In this document: in pieces, positions 53,734 through 64,000 of the stretch
Layout: each line of letters begins with the position of its first letter
Numbering within the stretch: position 1 is the first letter of the stretch
Assembly (NCBI GenBank): GCA_000165425.1
Contig: CT868668.1
Coordinates: 1 to 64,000 of the forward strand
DNA length: 64,000 nucleotides
Direction of reading: 5' to 3'
Source: Paramecium tetraurelia
Taxonomy: Eukaryota
Made by a program: the position numbers and the translations under genes
Notes under the pieces: generated by a model
Database searches by the model: none
Told to the model about the DNA's origin: nothing
The model's input: only the letters and a program-made list of their open reading frames with translations

Positions 53734-55315
53734 TCATAGAATGGTAATATTTCCATTGTTAAGACCATTGTGTTCTCCGACAATGTGAGTGTCTGAGTAA
53801 GGAACAATCGGTTCCTTGAAATTTGGGTTCTTTTGAATAGCCTATTTGGTTAGATTCTTCCACTAATAGAATTGATCATTTGAATAAATACCTTCTCTTC
53901 AATCTTTTATCTGTCTTTTTTTTGGTTCTTGGCATCCTAAATGATGTATAGATACTTGGGATCCTTGTTATTCAAGGCTTTGTCGAATGCCTAATAATCA
54001 ATCTCTTTGAGAATAGTCTTGAGTGCATTCAAAGACTCTTACAATACCTTATGCCAATGTGTATCTGCTATCTATGCGATTACTGGGACCAATAAAGGGA
54101 AGGTGAAAGGTTTATAGCTCTTGAGAATGGTTAAGAAGTAATCATTCTCAAAGAAACACATTGCTCTATCAGCCACTTGTAAATGAGGTCCTGCTATGCA
54201 CTTGATTAATCTTTTGAATAATTTTGGAATCAAGGGCTCTAACTTAGAGATTTCACAAACTTCCAAGACTTCCAATAGTTCATTCAGGAACATCACTTCT
54301 TTGGCTGAATTGGCAAATGGCCAATATCTCAATAATCCTTCAACTAAAAATGTTGCTAAGGTGGGATCTTTAGATAAGAAGAGCATTGAGCATCTTAACA
54401 ATTATTCATGATAAAATTAACAGGTTTAAACTTTATGTAAGGGGATGATAACAGTTTTGAAAAATATTACATGTTCTTCTCTCAAAGGAACTGCAAATCC
54501 ACTAATGATGCTTGCCAATATATCCAATAACTCAGCTGCTCCATTGAATTTGTAGGTTTCGTGGATGAGAGTGTAAAAACAATCGTTTATTGCCTTTCTT
54601 ATCATCTTTCTTCTTGGAACCAACTTAGCATATAATCTATGTAGGATGTTCTTCAGATATTCCCTTTCCCGAGGCTCCTCAGAATCAAATAACTCCAAGA
54701 ATTCTTATATAAATGAATGAGTGATAAAAATCTTGAAATATTTATAAAAGAAATACCTTGAGTGATTTGACATCTGGTTATTCGTTAACTATTAATTATA
54801 AGAAATATTCATAAACTGGTTGTAAATGAGTCCAGGCTGGATCAATTAATTACTAATTTATTTAATTATTGTTCTTACATCATCATCTTCCATTCCGATT
54901 TCACCATTTGTTGCTGTCTTTTTTAAAATTGGTAATGGTCTGAATATATTCTTCTCAATCATCTCTATAATTAGATCTAAATGAGGAACAACCAAATTCA
55001 CTACAAAGTTAGGCTCTTTTAATAAATCAAATAATTCTTGTAAATATTAAGATCGTTCTTATTTTTCCTTTACATTTTTAGTATCATCATTAAAATCGTA
55101 TGGTTAAGAGCAAAAATGGATTTTCTTTAAAAACTGATCCCTAATTTCTTTAGGCACATGCTTAGGATCGGTAACCCTAGCCATATTTTGAATCATAGGT
55201 TGAGGAGTCTATCATTTAAAAAAATTAATACCCTATTTTAGGAAGTAGTTGTTGTCGCTTAAGGTTGTTAACGCACAGCTGGAGTTTATTTCGAGCTAGC
55301 TGCCTTATTATTCAT
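53734..55315 (-). CDS. Protein phosphatase 2A regulatory subunit B56 (B')
   Basis: [75 protein letters not shown]. Confidence 0.95.
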
Positions 55316-56332
55316 TATTTATATTTATTTTTTCTAAAAGATGTATTTAAATTTTTATATTTAGATTTATTAATATATTTATTTACTAGCGCTACTATGT
55401 TAATCAAATTGATTATCTCTTCATTACCCAAGAATCCTATCAACCACAGTTATAAATAATAATATGAACCCAATTTGATTGTCTATCATAACAATGGTAT
55501 GATCTAATTATCTTAATTAGATAAAAATAGCAGATTAATTTAACATGAGCCACAGATATTTGTCTCAGATATAATTTTAACCAAATATCATGATATAATA
55601 TTATTTATCACTCAATTAAATTATATTTATTATAATTATACGTATTATTAATTATAATTAGAACAACAGAATTTTCCCAAAATTCATTGTTTCCTACAAT
55701 TCGACCTGTTAAATTCATCAATGTGATGTTAAACAGTTTCAATAGTGTTATTAAGCATGATAGTAATGATCTAAACTATCACTTATAAGTATTGTTGATA
55801 ATTCATTTGAATTACCTGATTTTCACTCACATCTAATTTTGATGCTTAAGTTACTAGAAACCACTTTATATATTTAAACTTATATCATTTATAACAATTA
55901 ATTGTCTTTGAGTTTAGCAAATCAAAAAGGTTCTCTAATTGGTCTTAGAATAGATAACTTCCAGCAAAAATTCTTCTTCTAATTTTTAAGCTGTTCTAAT
56001 ACAATATATGTTTGAAGAAAGGTGGTTGTTTGTGATCAAATTTTCTAGTAAAAAGTTATTTTCAGCATTTGATAGATATAGATATATAATTATAGAAGAT
56101 ATAATTCTTAAACGAGGAGTTGACTTTTCATATTGTACCCTTAATACATAAGGAGTGCATTAAAAGAGATTTAGAAATAAAAAAAATCAATTTTTTAGTA
56201 TTCTATAAAAGTTAAATAGTCAAAAATACGTCTAATTTTAATTTTTAAATATTTGATAAATATAATATATTGTGATTTACCTGTAGCCATTCAAATCCTG
56301 ATTTAAATAAATTCAAAAATTATAATAATAAA

Positions 56333-57043
56333 ATGGCTCACTCAACACTACTTATTCTAGGAATGATTTTAGTCACTTTGAATGGATTCAGTGTAGATAT
56401 CTCAGGAAGCGATTGTTCTTGTGATACTTTCACCACCCAATTGGATTGTAATGCTGCTTCTGCTTGTGAATGGACCAACTCAGAATGTGTTGATGTTGAT
56501 TGCTCTACTAAAACTACTATAGTTTAATGCAATGTAGCCAATTCAGTTTGTGCATTTACTCCATCTAGTCAATGTGCAACATTTACATCTTGTTCTGACT
56601 ATAAATATTCAGATGAAGCCACTTGTTTGACCATAGGATGCTTAGCAGATACAAAAGGATCTGATGGATTATATCCATGCAAAGCCATCACTTCACTTAA
56701 GAAGTGTTCAGAACACACTACAGAAACTGAGTGCACAACCCACTAATGCTTTTGGAATAGTTAAGCTGCTTGTGTAGCACCAACATGTGCCTAATAGACT
56801 ACAGCCCTTGATTGTACCGCCATTAGATCTGATGTTGTTACTACATGGTAAATATGTTCATGGACAGCTGGAACAAGTACATGTGCTGATGCTACAGGAT
56901 TAACTTAATCAAATTGCGCAGTTCTTACAAGAGGATCATATTATTGGAACACTGATTCAAGTGCATGTGAAGTTTGCTAAGGCTCATCAAGTTATGCTTA
57001 ATTAATTACCTTGGGATTAGCATTGCTTATGCTCATCATTTGA
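56333..57043 (+). CDS. Single-module Cys-rich surface protein (mini-antigen-like, 236 aa, 24 Cys)
   Basis: MAHSTLLILGMILVTLNG signal, DCSC...NCAVLTRGSYYWNTDSSACEVC, GSSS + hydrophobic tail (GPI-signal-like); intronless, 711 nt. Confidence 0.92.
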
Positions 57044-57351
57044 GTTTATTATATCACATCAATAAATTTCATGTTGTATCCAAATAGAAATTTCATTTTT
57101 TTACTCTTATTATAATTCTATCTTTCTTCACAGTAATAATATAAATTACTGAAAATACTGAAATTTTCTATATTTATTAGAGAGTGAAGGAGGATTTAAT
57201 AAAGCAAATACGTAATTTACATTAGAGTATACAATTGAAATGAGAGGTTCTTGGGAAGAGAGACAACTTTTAGAAGGGATTTGAAGAGCAGAATATTATA
57301 GTGATTTGATTTAAATAAGGATATTAAAATAATAAATCTTTTATTTAATAA

Positions 57352-58849
57352 ATGAGCGGATTAGAGGATATTCCTGAATTTTATGATGATCCATAACAAC
57401 CTACAAAATAGGAAATATAGTAAGAGCAAATATTGAGAATCGTAGAAAATATGACAATTACAATGTCTCATAATTCAAAAACTTTGGGCTGAAAGAGGAG
57501 CTCTTACGAGCCGTAAAAGAAGCCGGGTTTGAGCATCCTACAAGAGGTAATTAGTATTGTTCTATATTTCCATAGTCCAAGCCGAATCGTTGACAAATGC
57601 ACTATAAGGAGAACAATTGATTTGCCAAGCAAAAGCAGGAACAGGAAAGACAGCTGTGTTTGTTCTGACTGTATTGAATACGATCAACACTGAAAGCAAC
57701 AAAGTGGAATGTCTTGTAATCACTCACACAAGAGAGTTGGCCCAATAAGTAAGAGATGTGTAAATATAATAGGCTCGTGATGAATTTTTAAGATTGGGAA
57801 AGTTTATGAAAAATATCAAAGTTGAGTGCTTTTATGGAGGAGGAGAACCAGTCACTGTAAATATCTCAACAATTGAAACAGTCAAGCCTTAAATTATAGT
57901 TGGGTAAACATTGAATCTAATTTCTAGTACTCCAGGACGTCTTAAGGATTTGATTTGCGAGAGAAAGGCTTTGAAAGTAGACAGATTGAAGTACTTCATA
58001 TTGGATGAAGCCGATACTATGATAGAAGATTTAAACATGAGGTGCTGATTTTTAAAAAAATTATTTTTAGAAAGGACATCTAGGACATCTTCTTACGTTC
58101 ACCACAAGAGAAATAATTTATGGCATTTAGTGCAACCTTTACAGAATCAAGCAGAACATCACTCAAAAAGTTCATTGCTGATAACAAACACGTACATTAT
58201 TCTGGTATTCCAAGATTTATGAAATTACAATCAAACCAGAACAACTCTTTTTAGATAAATTGAAGTAATACTATATGAAAGTACCTGAAACTCTTAAATT
58301 CCATTATTTGAGATAAATCTTAAATACATGCAAATTAAATCAATGCATCATTTTTGTTAAGAGCTCAGAAAAGGCCGATGCATTAGTTGCTGAACTCAAA
58401 AAGAAGGGAGAGGATTCAGTCAGATAACTCTATGGTGGCAACAGATTGGGACCAGACCATTAAAAATTGAGACAAAAGACCTATGAATAATTCAGAAATG
58501 GACATTTCAGATTACTGGTTGCTACCAACCTAATGGGAAGGGGTATTGATATTGATAAGGTCAATTATGTTATCAATTTTGATATGCCTGATTCTTTGGA
58601 AACTTATTTACATAGAGTACTCATATTATTTAAATTTTTAGGTTGGAAGAGCTGGCAGATAAGAGACTAATGGAGTTGCAATCTCTTTTGTTAAATTTGA
58701 AGAAGAAGCTTCAGACGTTAAAAAGCATACAGATGACGAAGTAATTTGTCTTATTACTATTTGATTAGGTTTTATAATAGATTCTTAAATAATATCCAGA
58801 CAAATTACAATAGTTACCCTAAGATTTATCAACATTAGACAAGTTTTGA
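57352..58849 (+). CDS. DEAD-box RNA helicase, UAP56/DDX39/Sub2-like
   Basis: [78 protein letters not shown]; ~8 tiny introns. Confidence 0.92.
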
Positions 58850-58893
58850 ATATCATAATATTACATAAAATAAAAATAACAATATATAATATT

Positions 58894-59573
58894 ATGCAAA
58901 AACCCATTTAAACTAAGATAGTCACTTTAGGTGATTATGCTGTGGGCAAAAGTAGTTTGATTCAAAGATTTACTAAAAATGACTTTACTGATACAAGAAC
59001 TTAGACTGTGGGTGCTGAGTTTTCTCCTAAATAACTTTTAAGAGATGGTAGATTAATAGAATTATAGATTTGGGATACTGCAGGTTAAGAAGTTTATAGG
59101 AGCATAGCTAACCTTTATTATAAGGGTATTCCATAATTGCTATAAAATAGATGCACATATTGCTATTATTGTATATGATGTAACAAAACCTAAATCTTTT
59201 GAAGTGCTTAAATTTTGGATGGAAAAGTTAATTGAGGAAGGATTGGCAGACATTAGTATTCTTGATTAGATATTGATTTTTAGCCAAATTCATTATAGCA
59301 AACAAAATTGATTTAGAATCATAGGTACCAATGGAGGAAGTTAGACAATATGCTAATTCGCTTGATCCGAAAATTGAGGTATTTGAAACTAGTTGCAAGC
59401 AGAATATTGGTGTTTTCGTATTATTTCTATTAATTTAGGAATTATTCAATCACATAGCCGATATAGTTAATGAAAAAGAAAAATTATAATAATTAAATAA
59501 AAGAGAGGAGAAATCCAATATCAAAATTGGAGGTTCTGAAAATAAGAATGATATTGTAAATTCATGCTGTTGA
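58894..59573 (+). CDS. Rab GTPase (divergent, Rab5/22-like)
   Basis: GDYAVGKSS, TVGAEF, WDTAGQE.YRSI, NKID, ETSCK, C-terminal CC; 3 tiny introns. Confidence 0.93.
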
Positions 59574-59918
59574 TAATTTTATTTCTTTTATTATTGTTAT
59601 TATTCAATAAATTTTACTATTAAAATGAAATACTAAAATTTACTTAAAGTATGTAATTCTCATTAAAAATACAAATCATTCATCATAAAGAAGTGATATT
59701 TGTATTTTACAAGAAGTAAGAAAGAAAGATGTTTAATTACTTAACAAATTATCAATGTTTAATTTTTTAATTTTAATAAAACTGATTGATTACTACATTT
59801 TTGTTTTATATAATTTATAGGGAGTTTTAGCACGAAATTTAGAACTCATTTAACCTTTATAAATAGTATATATTTGAAGACTTTAATAAGTTTCTTTTAT
59901 GATATTTATATCTCAATT

Positions 59919-61061
59919 TCATTCAAGGTCCTTATCACCAGCAGCAATTCTTAAGGCGATGTATTCTTTAAGATCTCTCATGTTAGTGTTCAAGATACCA
60001 ATCAAGTCACTGACAGTCTATCTATCTTTGTCTCTTGCAGCTCTTCTTTATTAATAATCATAAGCAGCCTCTTAGCATTCACCTCTTCTGTCATCTCTTT
60101 ATTAGGTCTTGGCTTAGATTCTTTAAAGAACATCGTTTTAACTGGCGGTGGTAGCATCGATTCTGTCTTAGAGTGATTAGATTTCAGCAGTCAAATTAGC
60201 AATTGATGAATTGTATTTGTTCATGTCTTTATTGAGTAAACTGATATATGCTTAGAATGCTCTGGTTCTGTCATCTTCAGCTTTTCTGGCTAAATCGAAT
60301 GCTTAACTCAATTAGTTTTAGAGATCATCGATCAATTTGATGACTCTTCCTGTTAAATCTTAGTTGGCGAATTGTTAAGTTCTGTTGGCAAGATTGGCTA
60401 ACAATTTGATGGCTTTTCCAAAGGTTCTGACGTGTTTCATTGTGCTGGCTTTGTGAGCACCTTGACTCATGTGACTAGCAACTTAGGCCATGATTTATGG
60501 AGTAACGTGAACCTTTTCTTCACCCTTTTATAAGAATGATGGAGCTTGGAGGTTGTCTGTAAAGAGTCTTCTTGCTTCAGCTAATACTGATGAAACAAAA
60601 GTGTATTCTTATCTTTAAGCTTCAAAGTCATCAGCTTATTCTTATCTTTTGGCTGTAGTCTCATCAATGACCTTTTATAATTCAGCCTTTTAGAGTTCCT
60701 TAGCCTTCTTTTATCCGATCTTTTAGTCTCTGATTGGTACGAGGTCATCAAGAACAGCTTGTAATTCTGTATTTCTTTATTCAAGATTGGCAAGTTCTTG
60801 GTTCAAGCCAGACAAATCTGCATCACATACTTATTAGAAGGCTTGGTTATTGGCATCATCCTCCTTTTAGTCAGCAATGTATCTATCTTCCAAATCATAA
60901 AGGGTTTGGAAAATTCTCTCCAATGGCTCACCTGTTGTCATTTAAATAGCAATTGTGTTCAAAAGGGTTCTACCTAAATCGCTACTTTCGATTCTGTCAA
61001 ACATGGCTGTATTTGTGGCAAAAGCACAAGCAACTAATACCAGAAGCAATGTGGTTTTCAT
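59919..61061 (-). CDS. Trichocyst matrix protein precursor (T2-like), 380 aa, intronless
   Basis: Signal peptide, LGRTLLNTIAIQMTTGEPLERIFQTLYDLEDRYIADQKEDD, SFLQ linker, two acidic coiled-coil halves. Confidence 0.9.
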
Positions 61062-61152
61062 TAATTTAATTTATGAAGAAATGCAATTTAAAAACGGTAT
61101 ATATTAATAAATTATATTGTTGCATTTTGAATTTAATATCGATTAATAGACT

Positions 61153-62329
61153 TCAACAAAATGAATCTTCCCATGTATTTGATCCTGCCCCACTAAACAT
61201 ATCTATTTTCCAATATGTAAACAATCCGAAAGAGTCAGCCCACCAAAGAGTCACATACATTGGCAAGAATTGTCTGCTGGCATAATTTCTCAACATTCCT
61301 GGGAAGTAATTATTGAGATTTCTGGCATACCTGAATTTGCAATATAAAATCTAATTACCAAATATGAGTAGCTGCCTTTCTGTAATTGCCATCATAAGGA
61401 CATACGCCATTTTGTTTTGGCCACAAATCTACCATTTCTCTTGTCACTTAAGATAGGGGAGTAACTTGTCAAGATTGCCAAGTATGTAGACCAAGAAACA
61501 ATTCAAAACCTTAACTGGGAAATATGGTATTTCAGCTACTCTTGTAAGGACGGATAACTATTATTCTAAATCTAATGAGCTTTACCTTATCCTTCATCCA
61601 ATCGAAAGAGTAAAAAAGAGTTAATGTTTAGAAGAAGTTTCTAGCAAATAGAGGGAAAGAATTTTTAAAGAAATAGTATGGTCCCTCTTCAAATGGAATT
61701 CTCCATAAAGCATTGAAAAATGAGGTATATCCTTTTTACAATTCCTTAGGGAAGGTCTTATCAGCATAATAAGCCATTCTAGCAACTTCAAAAGGAATTC
61801 CGATTGGAGCAGTAAGAAGAGAAATGAACATTGTGCCTGGCACCTTTCTCAAGAACCCATACTCGAATGTACCCCAAGTTCCTGTATTTAATTTATTAAT
61901 TTAGTACTTTGCCATCCATGATTGACTGCTCTAAATGCTGCTAATCTCAATGCCCAATCAATGCCACCTGAAGCAAAGGCAAATTACATTCTAGTGCCCA
62001 TTGATCTTTTGAAATTCTCAAGATTGATTGTTGCTTTGCTGAAATTATACCAATTCTTTTCACAGTATTTGGTTATTCGTACTATCGTAACCTTAAGCTT
62101 AAATAGATTGAATACAATAATTTCCAATTCTCGTAAAAATTATGCCATGCCTCACCTACAACACTACCTAGTAATCCTGATATTGCTTCCTCTAGTGTAA
62201 TTCCATCTCCATGAACTAATTTATATCAACTATCCTTTACTTTTCGGGAGCAGCTGTCCATACACCAGCATTATAACAATCAAAATACAAGGAATGTCTT
62301 CTTCTGATGTCGTCCAACTCAAAAAACAT
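61153..62329 (-). pseudogene. SLC25 mitochondrial carrier (oxoglutarate/malate-carrier-like) interrupted by five +1 insertions; pseudogene or sequence error
   Basis: PFEVARMAYYADKTFPKELQKGYTSFFNALWRIPFEEG and REMVDLWPK motifs. The frame is restored only by removing single bases near 62187, 62057, 62050, 61491 and 61460. Confidence 0.7.
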
Positions 62330-62390
62330 GATAAATTAATTATTGAATTGGATATGTTATATATATTTATATTTTGTGTCGGCCATATTT

Positions 62391-62799
62391 TCAGATGAAC
62401 ACCTTCTTGTGCATCGAATGAGCTACTTGGTATTTCTAATAGCAATTATACACTCTATTCCATTCCAATTCCTCTTTGATTCTCCATCCTAACCATGCAA
62501 CTATACCTCCAGGAACAGCAGCCCAAAACAGTCTCTATTTAATTGGTAAACCTTTTATTATTGGAAAGAAGAAGAATGAGAATGAATAAACTGCACCTCC
62601 AACTTATCCTAATCTCTCAAATCTCGATGCATCTCTAATGCATGCAATATAATTAATACGCCTCTGCATGAAACACTTACTCAGTCAATTTCAAAGGAAC
62701 ATGTCTGTCATATTTCAAGAACTGTTTGACTTCCTCCTTCTCTTTTGCTGTAAATGTTTTCTCGAACAGACCAAAATGTTCTGGTTGATCGTAAATCAT
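62391..62799 (-). CDS. Small 2-TM protein (127 aa), unknown function
   Basis: MIYDQPEHFGLFEK..; one 25-nt intron leaves 384 nt; two hydrophobic helices; ends HKKVFI-TGA. Confidence 0.75.
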
Positions 62800-63059
62800 A
62801 ATAATATAATAATTAAAATCTTTCTATATTTATATCAATACATAATTATTCTAAAATTTTAAACATTTCTATGTGCTTTTTATAATAGAAAAAAGATCCA
62901 TTATCTCAGACTTTTGAACTCCAATCAATTCTATTTCAGAATACATGGTTATATTAACTCAAATGTACAAAATTATAAAACTAAATATTTTTAATCCATA
63001 AAAATATTCATTAATTCAATATAATAATAAATAAGTACTCTGTTTTAATCATTTTAAAC

Positions 63060-64000
63060 TCAGAATTTATTTTTCCTTAATTAATAAAAAATAATAGCGT
63101 TGGCGACCCATTCAACAGAAGAATATATCAAAAATTCAAATTAATAGCTAAATAATTAATATAAATCATACTTGTTTGTATTGTTTATAATAATTGCAGT
63201 TAAGAGCAAAGTAATTTGTAAAGGGTTTTATAGTGTTATCAGCCGTTTGTAATTCAAAAGTAGAGCAGCATTAATTTCTTCGTTATATTTAAATGAAAAG
63301 TTAAATAAATTTGATTTTGCTAATTTGCTTTTCAGAATACATATTATTCTGAAATCTAAGAATTTAAACAATAAATCATTGAGATAAAAGTAATTTTACT
63401 TTTAAACATTGAGTTTATATTGGACATCTGTTAATAGGGGAACTTCAATCTACGCTTGAAAATGAAAACTTTAAAGCTAGCTAAACAAAAGCAAAATTAG
63501 GGTAAATGATAAAAATACATATTATTCTTCAATTGTAAAAAATACTAATGAGAATATTCTAAATATCGGAATCGAAAACCCCAAGATGATAGATGAGGTC
63601 AAAAACATCTAAAAATTTTTATTTGCTAATTTATAAAGTATTAGTGTGCAAAAACATCCTGCCTCTAAGTAATTAAGTATGCCCAAATAATATTTATTTC
63701 TGATATTTTTATTTACTAGTTTATTCTTAGAATCATTAACTGAATCATTCTAAGAGGTAGAGTTTTATGAACTATTATTATTTTAATTAGGAGATGTTGT
63801 ATTTGTATTATTTGTTATTATTATGTCTTTTTTAATACACAAATTGCTCTATAAAAAATAGCCATCTTAGCATTACAAACATTATGAAAGGTTATTTGAT
63901 GAGCATGTTTAACAATAGTTTGTTGTCTCACATTTCTTACAGCTTTCATTAATAATTATGTATCCTTCTGGACAATCATATAAGCACTTCCCAGATATTC
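63060..64000 (-). CDS. 3' part of a furin-like Cys-repeat protein with multi-pass TM C-terminus (starts beyond the window)
   Basis: CLYDCPEGY..CKKC..CQTC..CLQCQDGYFL..C, N/S/T-rich stalk, about 5 hydrophobic helices, TGA 63060-63062. Confidence 0.8.

Noticed and set aside
1..64000. Most ORFs in the supplied six-frame track
   Set aside because: They were computed with TAA/TAG as stops and without introns. They are fragments, off-frame or antisense shadows of the code-6 genes (e.g. 740..988, 3170..3376, 12238..12474, 31435..31755, 60581..60793).
1..64000. TAA/TAG reassignment and ~25-nt introns as a novelty
   Set aside because: These are well-established properties of Paramecium; used only to identify the source.
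1..64000. CRISPR array, tRNA/rRNA genes, telomeric C4A2/C3A3 tracts
   Set aside because: None seen on reading; the periodicity in the Cys-rich genes is at protein level only.

Overview
Very AT-rich, gene-dense ciliate macronuclear DNA, most likely Paramecium (aurelia complex). Genes read only with the ciliate code (TAA/TAG = Gln, TGA = sole stop) and contain tiny 19-32 nt GT..AG introns, so the supplied standard-code ORF track shows only fragments. Hand translation gives about 35 genes. Recognisable products include an eIF2-alpha-type kinase, a CDK-like kinase, an AGC kinase, WD40 and MORN proteins, RPLP2, CFAP58, AOX, a divergent ADP/ATP carrier, PP2A B56, a UAP56-like helicase, a Rab and a trichocyst matrix protein. 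Five observations stand out. (1) Six intronless secreted Cys-rich surface-protein genes are built from one ~230-aa module (1, 1, 1, 3, >=3 and 6 copies), itself made of a variable number of 4-Cys units. (2) An RRM+KH gene stays in frame only if four atypical introns are spliced. (3) A ~2,900-aa anoctamin is fused to a pseudokinase and a long helical tail. (4) Three paralogous Myb-like genes share an intron position. (5) A mitochondrial carrier carries five +1 insertions. No tRNA, rRNA, telomere repeat, transposon or CRISPR was recognised. All models are manual and not checked by database search.
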